DNA of 43,652 bases from a virus. The DNA is taken from the UHGV virus genome UHGV-0201380; one strand, 5' to 3'. The notes under the pieces were generated by a model that had not been told where the DNA came from, searched no databases, and was given only the letters and a program-made list of their open reading frames with translations. This document shows positions 1 to 9,418 of this stretch, piece after piece (positions within the stretch are counted from its first letter, which is position 1; each line of letters begins with the position of its first letter). A program made the translations under genes and the position numbers.

Positions 1-72
1 ATGCTGCATACCGCGGGTCTATCGGCTCAGGCCCCAGGTCCATCAACTCCACAACACTGCCAGACTTTATAC

Positions 73-2490
73 TCATTCTACCTTCTCCTTACTGTACATA
101 CTCGTACCCATCTCAGCCTCTGCTGGGAACGGGACCTCACCAATGATGCCGTAGTTAGGCCAGAGCTGGTGAATACGCTTAGGTGCATCCTCCATGCACT
201 GCTTAACCAGCAGGCTCGCCTCACGTCCAACCTCCGGGTTGGCGCTGTCCAGATACAACGCATCGTGCACGTTCGTAATCAGGCACACCTGATTGTCGAA
301 CCAGTCACGGGCCAGGAGTGCACGCAGAACCATACCGGCGGCTACCGCCATCAGGAAGAATGCTTCCCCCTGGCACCAGTAGTTAGCCATCTCTGTTTCC
401 TTGTAGTCCATTACCTTCTGCTTACGCTGCCCAGGCACAACCTCTTTCCACTGCTCTTTCTGACGGAAACTGTAGCGGGCACCGGCTGGGCTGGTCCACG
501 TCCCAATGCGGTAGATTCGGTAGCTGCCGTCGTCAGCCTGCTCCCGGTACATGCGCCCCTCCGCACCGGTACGTTCTACCTCTTCCTTGACAACAGCGCG
601 GAAGCCAATTGTTTGCGGGAACAGCGCAGCCTCGTTGTCCAAGAAAGCCTGTGCAAATTCCACCGTACATCCAGTAGCAAACGCAATCCCCTTAGCCGTA
701 GCGCCATACTGGGCTGCAAAGCTAGGAGCCTTAATACCTGTACGCATTGCCTTCCAAAGCGGATGCAGCTCGTGCTTCTTGTTGTGGCAGCGCTCATATA
801 CTTCTTCATACGGTAATCCCTCGCGGAAAGCTAGGCGGTAACAGTGCATATCCGTACCACTCTGCAGCAGTCCCAGCAGTTTCTTGTCACCCGTGTGTAC
901 ACAGGACATAACCACTTCCAGTGCCGAGTAGTCAACCTCAGTGATACGTCCGTTGTCCCCGAATCTACTGGTGAACACCTGCTTCACCTTGGATTTAGCC
1001 ACACCGTCGCCATCCTCATCCGGGCGGGGTAGGTTCTGCAGGTTCGGGTTAGAGCTACTCAAGCGCCCGGTTACGGTGGCGCAAGTATTCAGCCGGTGGT
1101 GAATGATGCCGGAACCATCGGGACGCTCCGGGATTACATACTGCAGCATCCCCTTCCGCTCTTTTACATTACCTCCTGCGTCCAGTACTTCTCGCAAATA
1201 GTAAGTGCCGGTATCCTTCTCCAGCGCCGCCAGTTCGTTCACCAACTTACAGAACTCGAACCCTTGGCGAGCCAGCGCCTCCATTGCATCAGTGCTGGTG
1301 CTATACACAGGGGTGCCATCCTGCAGGGTGCGCGCCTGTCGGAACTCCCCGCGCTCTGCGTACTTCTCCCGGATAACTTCCGGAAGCTCCTGGATGTTCA
1401 CTAGGCCCGGGCAGAAGTAAAGGTCGTCTTCCCATTTAAGTTTCTCTTCCTCGGTATCGAGGCGGAATACTTTAGGGAGCCCCTTGTTCTTACCCGCACG
1501 ATATGTCACTACACGCCACCATCCGCCTTCCGTTTGAAGTTCTTGCATGTGCGTGTCGTGTACAGGTATATAGGTGTGCGCACCATCTTCGTCCTCGTAC
1601 TTATAGTAGTCGGCCTTGACGTACTGCGGAGGGTCATAGGGGACCTTCTTGCGGTACTTTATAGGCCCGCCGTACACCAGTGCAGACATATGAAAGTCCG
1701 ACCCGAAATTGAAGTCCAGCGTCTCCGGCAAGTCCTTCGGGATGTACTGCTGCAGTTCCTGCTTAATCTCACGGATGCGCTGCTCCTGCTCCTCCTGGTT
1801 CTTGCGTGCAATTGGCATATTCACGAACAGGCCGAACCACTCGCAGTACGCCCAAGCTAGCAAGGCATCCATACGTTCCCACACGTACTGCATCTGATTG
1901 CGCTGGGCGAACGTAGCGCACTGGCCGTAGAAGCACAGGGCCGTGTTCGGGATGTCCCCGTTAACCAGGTAGTCATGCAGCAGTATCGGGTCGATCTGGG
2001 AGGTTAACACACCCTGCTCCCATAGAATCTTAACCCCGTCTACTTTGTGCGTACCACCGTACTTAGGAGCCGTCTCGTCCAGAGACGGATACATGCTCTG
2101 AAAGTCCGAGGCGATGTATTCCCCGTGCATTGTGCAGAACACCCTGCCACCGCGCTTGAGGAAGGCCTCAAACTGCTGCCGCTGGTACGTGAGAAACCAA
2201 GAAATCTCATAGGCTGCGTTGTGCGCAACAATAAGCCAGCAATCCTCGGGGATATGAAACCACCGGCAGCCTTCTGCTGCACTGTTTCCCGCCAAGAAAT
2301 CAGCTCTTGAATTGAAGCGCACCGATTGAGTCGCGCCAACAGTGGTAGTACCGTCAGCCTGTGTCGTGTCGATACGCCATGCGGACTCAACAACATAGTT
2401 GTCAGGGCAGTATGGGCTTGCTTTAGAGCCGTAATATTCATGGTTCTCCGTCTCCAGGTCAAGGTGCATTATGCTGGTTGTCATTTCCAC
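73..2490 (-). CDS. Family A DNA polymerase (T7 gp5-like) with N-terminal 3'-5' exonuclease domain
   Basis: 805-aa track ORF. N-terminal MHLDLETEN resembles the exonuclease DxE motif; C-terminal VHDALYLD resembles Pol A motif C. Track start codon is GTG; an ATG two codons in (about 2484) follows a GGAGGG Shine-Dalgarno and is the likelier start. Position after primase and helicase matches phiKMV-like synteny. Confidence 0.9.
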   Translation of the reverse strand: MEMTTSIMHLDLETENHEYYGSKASPYCPDNYVVESAWRIDTTQADGTTTVGATQSVRFNSRADFLAGNSAAEGCRWFHIPEDCWLIVAHNAAYEISWFLTYQRQQFEAFLKRGGRVFCTMHGEYIASDFQSMYPSLDETAPKYGGTHKVDGVKILWEQGVLTSQIDPILLHDYLVNGDIPNTALCFYGQCATFAQRNQMQYVWERMDALLAWAYCEWFGLFVNMPIARKNQEEQEQRIREIKQELQQYIPKDLPETLDFNFGSDFHMSALVYGGPIKYRKKVPYDPPQYVKADYYKYEDEDGAHTYIPVHDTHMQELQTEGGWWRVVTYRAGKNKGLPKVFRLDTEEEKLKWEDDLYFCPGLVNIQELPEVIREKYAERGEFRQARTLQDGTPVYSTSTDAMEALARQGFEFCKLVNELAALEKDTGTYYLREVLDAGGNVKERKGMLQYVIPERPDGSGIIHHRLNTCATVTGRLSSSNPNLQNLPRPDEDGDGVAKSKVKQVFTSRFGDNGRITEVDYSALEVVMSCVHTGDKKLLGLLQSGTDMHCYRLAFREGLPYEEVYERCHNKKHELHPLWKAMRTGIKAPSFAAQYGATAKGIAFATGCTVEFAQAFLDNEAALFPQTIGFRAVVKEEVERTGAEGRMYREQADDGSYRIYRIGTWTSPAGARYSFRQKEQWKEVVPGQRKQKVMDYKETEMANYWCQGEAFFLMAVAAGMVLRALLARDWFDNQVCLITNVHDALYLDSANPEVGREASLLVKQCMEDAPKRIHQLWPNYGIIGEVPFPAEAEMGTSMYSKEKVE

Positions 2491-2688
2491 TTAGCCCTCC
2501 GAGCTTTATTGATAGCTAGATGCACAATCAGCTGGCTGCTGTCCAGCGCGAATCGTTTACGGAAAGTACCTGCAGACGCAGCGTACGCCTTGATTACCTC
2601 TTCGTCGAGGTAGTTAATGTCTGACGGTTTAAGCATAGTAGCCTCCTAGTGTACCTACATAGCGCCCTCATAGAAGGCGCTAGGGAAG

Positions 2689-3969
2689 TCACCGGTTAAT
2701 CTGGCCCTCGTCAAAGCGGCAACGACCCGGCTCGAATCCCACCTCGAATTGCAGTAGCGACTCTTTACCAGACAGTGCCATCTTGTTCTTCGGAGTACTG
2801 ATACCACGGACGTTTTGCATGTGCGGCTGCTCGTTCCTGTCCAAGCATCCCATCATAATCGCCAAGTCCAAGGCACCCTGTACACCAATCTTGCTCTGCT
2901 TCATAGCGGTGAGCGGCGGGAACAACATGTTGTAACCTTCGAGTGAAAGCTGCATAGTCCCTACGATAGCGCAGTCGTTCTCGCACCCAAGGATGCGCAG
3001 CTCCTGCCATTTCGCCTCTAGGTTCTGGTGCTCACTCTCCATAGTACCGCCACGGATATTCGCCACCATATCAATGATGATTACCGCGGGGCGCATCTCC
3101 TCCATGAGCGTGGATATCTGCGCCATCGTCAAGGAGTGCGCAGCCTTAACGCGAATCCGGTCAGCCCTGCCTACTTTCTTGAGGTAGGCTGGCACGAACT
3201 CTTGCTTACTGTGCCGGTCCTTAATCTCCGCCAGAGTCCAGTGCAGCGCCGCTTGATATACCCTCGGCACTGTACGCGTCGCCGGACCCTCGTTAACCAG
3301 CCAGAGAATCGGGCGGTCCCCGTATACTTCCGGCTGCTGCTGCATCTGCTCAGCAAAGTCCACAGCAATAGCAGCAAGCAGGCTAGTTTTACCAGAGTCC
3401 ACAGGAGCAGCCACTGCGATGCAGTCCCCGCCACGTAGACCTCGGATGTTGCTAGCGAGTTGCTCGAACACGCCCAGTTTAAGACCGCCGCTCTCATCAG
3501 TCGCGGCAAGTATCTCGTCAACACTACCGCTCTCCCATTCAAGCAGCGAATCATGCACCGCAGCGCCATCACCGTACTTGCGCTGTAGGTGCTTCATTTC
3601 CAGCAGGTAATCAATCTCCTCGCCGTCTTGATAGCGCTGCGTCAGCGCTGCTACCTCCCCGCTGTAGGCCAGCTCGTTCAGGGTCTGGACAATCCCCACC
3701 ACAGAATCCTGTGGCACGGCTTGTACTCCCCGCATAAGCTCGTCCATGATTACCCGCTCTTCCCGGGACAGGTGCCCCGCCCGGAGGTTTAGCATGCTCT
3801 GCATTGCATCCCACTGAACCTCCTGGTGCTCCGGGTACGTGTTCCAGTACAACCCCACCCAGTCTAGTAGGTTAGCTGTGTCCGGCGCTAGCATGGATTT
3901 GGGTATCTGTTCACGCAGTCGGTTCCATACCTTCTGCGTGCACATTGCCTTAACTACTATTAGGTCCAA
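2689..3969 (-). CDS. DnaB-like replicative DNA helicase (T7 gp4 helicase-domain homolog), encoded separately from primase
   Basis: 426-aa ORF. Walker A AAPVDSGKTSLL and Walker B-like PAVIIIDMV. Start is TTG, preceded by a strong AAGGAGG Shine-Dalgarno 5 nt upstream. Confidence 0.85.
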   Translation of the reverse strand: MDLIVVKAMCTQKVWNRLREQIPKSMLAPDTANLLDWVGLYWNTYPEHQEVQWDAMQSMLNLRAGHLSREERVIMDELMRGVQAVPQDSVVGIVQTLNELAYSGEVAALTQRYQDGEEIDYLLEMKHLQRKYGDGAAVHDSLLEWESGSVDEILAATDESGGLKLGVFEQLASNIRGLRGGDCIAVAAPVDSGKTSLLAAIAVDFAEQMQQQPEVYGDRPILWLVNEGPATRTVPRVYQAALHWTLAEIKDRHSKQEFVPAYLKKVGRADRIRVKAAHSLTMAQISTLMEEMRPAVIIIDMVANIRGGTMESEHQNLEAKWQELRILGCENDCAIVGTMQLSLEGYNMLFPPLTAMKQSKIGVQGALDLAIMMGCLDRNEQPHMQNVRGISTPKNKMALSGKESLLQFEVGFEPGRCRFDEGQINR

Positions 3970-4164
3970 TTAAACCTCCTTAGGAACACAGATTGCTTTA
4001 GCGGTATACACCCTGAATGTGTCAAACTTCTCTTCGAACGCCTTGGCCGCCTTGTTGCAGGCGGCCCCCGTTGTGAACTCTTGAGTGGTTAGCGCAGCGA
4101 AGTCTGTGTCGCTAACCGCACTGCCATTAATCGCCATGATTAAAACCCAGATACCCATACTCAT
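3970..4164 (-). CDS. Hypothetical small protein with hydrophobic N-terminus, translationally coupled between primase and helicase
   Basis: 64-aa ORF. N-terminal MSMGIWVLIMAINGSAVS looks like a signal peptide or TM segment. Its start overlaps the primase stop and its stop abuts the helicase start. Confidence 0.45.
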   Translation of the reverse strand: MSMGIWVLIMAINGSAVSDTDFAALTTQEFTTGAACNKAAKAFEEKFDTFRVYTAKAICVPKEV

Positions 4165-4946
4165 TGTAAAGCCTCCAGAATCTCTTTGATTTCTGCATCC
4201 TTCGGGTCCGCAGCGAAGTAATGCTCACGGCACTGCATGAACGGACGCAGTGCTCGGCGCGCCGCTGCTACCCCAGCATGTCCAGCCGGGTCATTATCCA
4301 GCATCAGAATCACTTCCGGGCGATTCTGAATCAGCCAAGCCCTCAGCGGCGTGGGCAAGCGTGTACCCAGCATAGCTATAGCCTGCACGTTCAATGCACT
4401 GTAACTCGTAACTGCGTGCTGTATCTTCCGGGCTGAGAGTAAGTCCTCGGTGAGCACGACCTTTAGAGGCGCGGCCGCAGCTACAGCCGGTGCTACGGCA
4501 GGTGCCGCGACAGCGAAAGCTATTGGCTGGCCGTACATTACCCACTTCGGTTGCTGCCGAGCATGCACTGCACGGCCCAGAGCAGCGCTTCCGACACGGA
4601 AGATTATCCGCTGTTTCTCTTTGCTCCATTCTGCATCCTCCACCATTTCAGGCATGATTCCCTTTGTGGTCAGGAATCCGTAAATAAAACTCTGCGTTTC
4701 CGCAGGCGCTTGGCTAATGCAAATTGCATCTGCAGGTGCAGCGGGCTGCACCCTCGGCTCTTCCTGTAACTGTATGCGCTGGTACTGCTTGTGCTCCTTG
4801 CCCACCTGTTTGCAGCGGTGGCAATAATATTCCCAGGCATCCGGGTTATTGTAGAGCACCCCGGCGGCGTCCCTGCCGCAGCACCGAAAGCGCGCCCTCT
4901 GCCCAACGGCCAGGCGCTTGCACGCTCTAAGCCAGGGCTGGTCCAT
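4161..4946 (-). CDS. DNA primase (zinc-ribbon plus TOPRIM domain)
   Basis: 261 aa. Cys-rich N-terminus (RFRCCGRD ... YYCHRCKQ) consistent with a zinc ribbon; ILMLDNDPAGHAG matches the TOPRIM DxD motif. ATG overlaps the stop of the upstream ORF by 1 nt. Confidence 0.75.
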   Translation of the reverse strand: MDQPWLRACKRLAVGQRARFRCCGRDAAGVLYNNPDAWEYYCHRCKQVGKEHKQYQRIQLQEEPRVQPAAPADAICISQAPAETQSFIYGFLTTKGIMPEMVEDAEWSKEKQRIIFRVGSAALGRAVHARQQPKWVMYGQPIAFAVAAPAVAPAVAAAAPLKVVLTEDLLSARKIQHAVTSYSALNVQAIAMLGTRLPTPLRAWLIQNRPEVILMLDNDPAGHAGVAAARRALRPFMQCREHYFAADPKDAEIKEILEALQ

Positions 4947-5398
4947 TACTGAATCTCTCGCTTAACTTTCATAGCCATTCGACGAATGTCATGTGCCAAC
5001 TGCAGGGCTGAATCGGGGCTCATATTAATACCAATCTCTCGCTCTGCCCGGGTGCTGCCTTTTCTAGGCACTATTCCGATGTATAGTAGTCCTTCGTTAG
5101 TCTCGCTGTCCTTTTCTAATACCAGCCGCTGGTCGTTTCCTGGGTCTCGTTTAGTGTTTAAATATGCTACACTAGACGGAACCGGTGGCAGCTCGTCCGC
5201 CTCCTCGATTAGCTGCCAGAAGTCGGCAGAGCCGCCATAGATATCCCCGGCATAATGAATCCCTGCGCCTTCGGTTAGCTTGATGTCTATATAGAGGCCA
5301 GGCCCCTTAGTGACTATCTCGCCGCGCACGGTCTTACCTTCAATCTTATTGATGCGCTGAACCTTATCACCTACTTTAAAAAGTTTAGACATAATCAA
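4946..5398 (-). CDS. Hypothetical protein
   Basis: 150-aa ORF tightly packed between the peptidase-like gene and primase, with 4-nt overlaps at both ends. No motif recognised. Confidence 0.5.
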   Translation of the reverse strand: MIMSKLFKVGDKVQRINKIEGKTVRGEIVTKGPGLYIDIKLTEGAGIHYAGDIYGGSADFWQLIEEADELPPVPSSVAYLNTKRDPGNDQRLVLEKDSETNEGLLYIGIVPRKGSTRAEREIGINMSPDSALQLAHDIRRMAMKVKREIQ

Positions 5399-6456
5399 CC
5401 CTCCACAATATTATCGTATCCGCCCCAGTCTTCTACGACTCGGGTGCCTAGTTCAATCAGTTCTTCTTTAAAGCCGTAATCGGAGAACACCATTATGTAC
5501 TCCGCCGCCTTCTCTGGATTCTCCTGTACCCAGCTAACCAGTTGTTGTTTAGAAAGCTGCGATACTTCCCGGAACGCGGCCAGTAACTGCGGGTCCTCGT
5601 CCGGCGGCATATCCCACGGCTGCCGTAAACTGAGCGTCGATGCAGCGAGCCACTGGCATAGGTCTGGCTCTGCTACTGCCGGGTCCCGCTCAATAGGGAG
5701 GTGCGAGAACGTGCCGTCTTGTAGTACCCGCTCAAGCACCTGGCCCAGTATGTTCAGGTCCAGCACCTCATCCGGGGTGTGCTCGTGCATGTACCCTACA
5801 CCGACGTTGGTGCACTCAGGAATGATGCCAACGAACTCAGCCGAGTCAGTATAAACACCCTTCTGCAAGTGCTGCTCCGTGCGTCCCAGGCGCTCTGCTA
5901 GGGTCTTGGCAAAGGTGTCAGAGCAGCAGCGCATATACCTTTGATGCGTAATGATACCGTCGCCGCGGCGGTCGAAGCTAATCATCGCCTTGACCCCAGT
6001 CCAAAATCCAGAGTCATCCTTGACCGATGCAGCGCTACCCTCGCAGCCTACCTCTTCATCCACGAAGAAGCAGTAGCGTCCGTGCACGCCGCGCCGCAGC
6101 ATCTCCAGCATCAGGTAGATACCGGCGCCGCAGTCGGCGCCCAAGCAGTCAGCTTGTTGCGGATTCTTTACGAACAGCACGCCCTTGTTAGTGCAGCCGA
6201 CGTCCGGCGCAGCGCTGGTTGGTCGTGCCACTGTGTCGAGATGAGACGTAAACGCTACGTCACTTTGCTCTGAGTCCCCCACCAGCACGAAGTAGTTCCC
6301 GTGCTTGTCCTTTACGTAGTGCATACCACTACCCAGCGCCTGTAGCGACTGCATAAGCAGCGGCTCGAACCACTTAGTGCTACCCCAGCTAGGCCGGTGC
6401 GTTTGCAGTATCTGCAAGAGCAGCTGCATATCAATCCCGTGCGGATTCAAGAACAT
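5395..6456 (-). CDS. Predicted dinuclear-zinc peptidase-fold protein (M20/M28/M42-like motif pattern)
   Basis: 353 aa. Ordered motifs SHLDTV (HxD), GADCGAG (D), VDEEVGCEG (EE), GYMHEHTPDE (H) match the metal-ligand pattern of M20/M28/M42 peptidases. ATG is preceded by GAGGAGG and overlaps the stop of the upstream acidic protein. Function inferred from motif pattern only. Confidence 0.55.
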   Translation of the reverse strand: MFLNPHGIDMQLLLQILQTHRPSWGSTKWFEPLLMQSLQALGSGMHYVKDKHGNYFVLVGDSEQSDVAFTSHLDTVARPTSAAPDVGCTNKGVLFVKNPQQADCLGADCGAGIYLMLEMLRRGVHGRYCFFVDEEVGCEGSAASVKDDSGFWTGVKAMISFDRRGDGIITHQRYMRCCSDTFAKTLAERLGRTEQHLQKGVYTDSAEFVGIIPECTNVGVGYMHEHTPDEVLDLNILGQVLERVLQDGTFSHLPIERDPAVAEPDLCQWLAASTLSLRQPWDMPPDEDPQLLAAFREVSQLSKQQLVSWVQENPEKAAEYIMVFSDYGFKEELIELGTRVVEDWGGYDNIVEG

Positions 6457-8138
6457 TAAGCTGCCTCCTCTGCTTCTTCTTCATCTTCATCGTTGCCCAG
6501 GTACTTCTCTCCCAAGCAATCAGCTGCATGCTCAGTGAGAATTAACCCGTGCACTGGGTGTTCTTCTGCGTGCTCAATAAGCACTTGCCGGTCCTGTGCA
6601 AACACCAGTTCCTCTTGGTCGTGCACTACACCCTCTACTTCGCAGCGCTCTATGTCCTCGTCGTATACATAGGCGTCGTGGTAATCAGACCAGGTGCAGC
6701 TCCAGCGATTATGCAGACCATCACGCCCAACTACGTACACAAAATCCCCTTCTTCTACGCAGCCGTCGCAGACCATATCACCATCTGCGGTCTCCTGCAT
6801 GTCATCTACAGAGTAGCGACATTCACAGCAGCAGCACCGAGCAGACTCAGTGCCTACGTAGATGTATCCTTCTGAGTCTTGTGCCTCGTACTCATAAGCA
6901 TCACGGATTACAAAGGCATCATCCCCATACTCATCTACGCCGCACTGGCTGCTATCTAGGTATGGCATCAGCACTGCGCCGTTGTATGTTGGGTGCGGTA
7001 TTCGCGCCAGCATTACCCCTTCGAGACATTCAATGTTTTTGGTGTACCCATGCCCCCGCAGGATTGCATCCGCAGCGTTGCCGTAAGCGCGGACGTACTC
7101 GTTAGTTTCTGTGTTAACGATTGCCCGTGCCTGCACTTCGAAATCGTCGCCGAACAGCTCCCCGGTGTACTGGATGAACAGGCGCAGCCCATTATCCGGC
7201 AACCCGTGGCTGGTGGTAGCGTACGTCCGCACAGAGCTATGCTCAAATGAGTACCCGCTCATGCAGCTACCCGGGCCATTCTCGTAGGCGTCGTACCATT
7301 CCTGCTCGGTCTTGCACAGGTACGTTGTAGGGTCTACGTTCATAGCCTTGAGGTCTTCGATAGCATCGCGGAAGTCCACACCATTTCCGTAGTAGTTAGC
7401 GAGCCACTTACCTACGCGCATCTCTACGCAGCGGTACTCAGTAACTGCTGCGAAGTCCTTGTGCATCCGCGGCTGCCCCAGCATCACGATAGGTTCGCCG
7501 TTGCGGAAACCAAAGCCCAAAGGCACGGCGAATCTAGACACTACGAAGCCGTGCAACTTCATGAGCAGCGCAGCTAAGTTGCCATCGCGGGTGTGGCGGC
7601 CGTAATCGTAGCCAGTGTATAAGCGGCGCTGCTGCTCTTCTGGTGCAAGCATGATGCGCTCAAATAACTGCACGGCCTGCTTGTGCACCTTGTAACCTGT
7701 GAATTCTTCGACGCAAGCAACTACGCGCTCAACCACTACATCCTCGCCCTCATAGAAGTCGCGGCGGCGTTCCCAGAACTTGCTGTCTATGGTGATTCGC
7801 ACCGGTTCAAAGAGTTCGCAGAAAGTTCCGGACCGGTACAGGTCCACCTTTTGCAACGGGCCGAGCGTCATCGTTGATTCGCGATACTCTGGGTGCAGTG
7901 CCCCGCCTATAGTCACCTCTAAGCCTGGAGTGTGCGCACTGACAGTGCGGAGACCCATAAGCACCTGCAGCGGACCCTCAGTGTGGGGATGGTCCTCCCC
8001 TTGCATTTGCAAGTCCTGGAACGGGGTCCAGTAATCACCGCTGGAATACATTGATTCTTTAATCGGCAGTGCGTTTGCACCTTCCGGTAACACTACTTTC
8101 CATTCGATAGGTGCTGTGTTAGTTTCTTGCATTTTCAT
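6456..8138 (-). CDS. Large early/middle protein of unknown function with Cys cluster and polyacidic C-terminal tail
   Basis: Track ORF is 6456..8426 (656 aa), but its 5' end overlaps the upstream 114-aa gene. ATG codons at about 8138 and 8132 follow a GGGAG Shine-Dalgarno, giving about 560 aa. Contains CCCCECRYSVDDMQETADGDMVCDGC and ends DEDEEEAEEAA. Confidence 0.6.
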   Translation of the reverse strand: MKMQETNTAPIEWKVVLPEGANALPIKESMYSSGDYWTPFQDLQMQGEDHPHTEGPLQVLMGLRTVSAHTPGLEVTIGGALHPEYRESTMTLGPLQKVDLYRSGTFCELFEPVRITIDSKFWERRRDFYEGEDVVVERVVACVEEFTGYKVHKQAVQLFERIMLAPEEQQRRLYTGYDYGRHTRDGNLAALLMKLHGFVVSRFAVPLGFGFRNGEPIVMLGQPRMHKDFAAVTEYRCVEMRVGKWLANYYGNGVDFRDAIEDLKAMNVDPTTYLCKTEQEWYDAYENGPGSCMSGYSFEHSSVRTYATTSHGLPDNGLRLFIQYTGELFGDDFEVQARAIVNTETNEYVRAYGNAADAILRGHGYTKNIECLEGVMLARIPHPTYNGAVLMPYLDSSQCGVDEYGDDAFVIRDAYEYEAQDSEGYIYVGTESARCCCCECRYSVDDMQETADGDMVCDGCVEEGDFVYVVGRDGLHNRWSCTWSDYHDAYVYDEDIERCEVEGVVHDQEELVFAQDRQVLIEHAEEHPVHGLILTEHAADCLGEKYLGNDEDEEEAEEAA

Positions 8139-8178
8139 TTGCTCCCGAGTTAATAGAACTTCGTCATGCACTAAGAGT

Positions 8179-8523
8179 TCAGCGTGCGTACCACGCGGAG
8201 AGTTGTTGCTGCTTATAATAGGCGCGGACTGCGGCTCTAAATTGCTTAAAAGCTCCGCGGTATCCATTCCGCCGTAGTGCTGCAACCACATCGAATGCAA
8301 TGTGCTCTTGCAGCTTCCGCGCGGCAGACTCAGTGTACTCTCGATAGGTTGTGAGAACAGTGCCAATATCCTCTTTTCTAACTCGGAGTAATCGACGCTC
8401 AACTGGCACGATTTGCTTGAGTTCATTAGGAACCTCTTTGAATGTTTCCCAAGTGCAACCGCACTTGCCCTGCGTTTCCAGCAGACGCCAGCACAGCAGC
8501 GCTGTTTCGTCTACTGTGAGCAT
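8179..8523 (-). CDS. Hypothetical early protein
   Basis: 114-aa ORF; ATG preceded by AAGGA with about 6-nt spacing. No recognisable domain. Confidence 0.55.
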   Translation of the reverse strand: MLTVDETALLCWRLLETQGKCGCTWETFKEVPNELKQIVPVERRLLRVRKEDIGTVLTTYREYTESAARKLQEHIAFDVVAALRRNGYRGAFKQFRAAVRAYYKQQQLSAWYAR

Positions 8524-8729
8524 GCGCTATCCTTGAATACCACGTTGCGGGCCACAAGGGTGCTACAACTTAGCATTACCACCCCGCCAACTGTGTGACT
8601 GGACGGCAACCACAGTCTAGTCTCCTCTGCATAGAATTCTGCGAGGGCGTGCAGTGGACTAAATAGAGGTACCCGGTAAAGAAACCCATTAGGGCGCTTA
8701 TATACGTCATAAATGTCCTGCTTGCTCAT
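8511..8729 (-). CDS. Hypothetical early protein
   Basis: 72-aa track ORF in the early gene string, overlapping the next gene by 13 nt. A further 58-aa ORF (about 8730..8905, below the track cutoff) appears coupled upstream. Confidence 0.4.
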   Translation of the reverse strand: MSKQDIYDVYKRPNGFLYRVPLFSPLHALAEFYAEETRLWLPSSHTVGGVVMLSCSTLVARNVVFKDSACSQ

Positions 8730-8914
8730 ACTACACCCCGCACATTAAACCGGAAGCAGTAGCCGCGCAGGGTCATACCCAGGCGCTTTGCTTGTTTCTC
8801 ATAGTGCTGGCGCAGCGCTGCCTTCGCGTTGTACTCCCGCGCCAGCCCGTCGATTGTTGGTTGCTGCTTACGCATCAGCAGCGTTTCAGGATTCTTTCCG
8901 TGCATGCCCCCACC

Positions 8915-9178
8915 TCAAATTTCGTTATTGCTCTTACCATCCACCGTGAGCGTTACCGCAGCGTCCTGGTACTGCTCCTGCACCGCCGCAAGGATACGTG
9001 CGCCCAGCTCTTTGCAACCACCCTCGGGGTCTTCAAATAGGTCGTACTCAGGGCGCGGCTGCGGCTCCTGCGTTGCCGGTTGCTGCAACTGCACAGTGCA
9101 GTATGGGATTGGGTTGTTTATGTCGTTGCCCAGCACCAGCATAGCGCTGGTCACAATGATGTTGAATACATTAACCAT
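8915..9178 (-). CDS. Hypothetical early protein with hydrophobic N-terminus and acidic C-terminal half
   Basis: Track ORF 8915..9208. An internal ATG (MVNVFNIIVTSAMLVLG...) follows GGAGA and overlaps the upstream stop, so about 87 aa. Confidence 0.5.
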   Translation of the reverse strand: MVNVFNIIVTSAMLVLGNDINNPIPYCTVQLQQPATQEPQPRPEYDLFEDPEGGCKELGARILAAVQEQYQDAAVTLTVDGKSNNEI

Positions 9179-9404
9179 AAAGTTGTCTCCAGTCGTTGAT
9201 AATGCCAAGATTCACGGCGTCCAGCACAGTGCGGGCAGCCATTTCGGTGTAGGTATCCACAAATTCTAAAGGGGATTCCTGATTAGTGTCTTTGTCAGAG
9301 AATATGACCACAGTGTAGTTGTATTCTGCGTATACCCGATTGCACCACACGGGCCAGAGTTCATGGCCCGGATAGACCAGTATTGCTTTCATATGAAACC
9401 CCAT
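9171..9404 (-). CDS. Hypothetical early protein
   Basis: 77-aa track ORF; the likelier start is the ATG about 12 nt in (MKAILVYPGHELW), which follows a G-rich Shine-Dalgarno. The conserved 30-bp hairpin element lies just upstream. Confidence 0.5.
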   Translation of the reverse strand: MGFHMKAILVYPGHELWPVWCNRVYAEYNYTVVIFSDKDTNQESPLEFVDTYTEMAARTVLDAVNLGIINDWRQLYG

Positions 9405-9418
9405 ACGCCAGTTGCATT

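Noticed and set aside
1-816. Plus-strand ORF of 271 aa at the window start (similar long plus-strand ORFs occur at 29308..30072, 30279..31175, 40599..41522 and 23691..24323)
   Set aside because: All lie antisense to well-supported minus-strand genes (DNA polymerase, tail tubular A, capsid and others), lack convincing ribosome-binding sites, and have compositions typical of antisense frames in GC-rich coding DNA. The genome appears to be transcribed from one strand only.
73-2490. Intron or intein interrupting the DNA polymerase, given the HNH endonuclease genes nearby
   Set aside because: The polymerase ORF is continuous (805 aa) with exonuclease and polymerase motifs in order. The HNH genes are free-standing and outside the polymerase reading frame.
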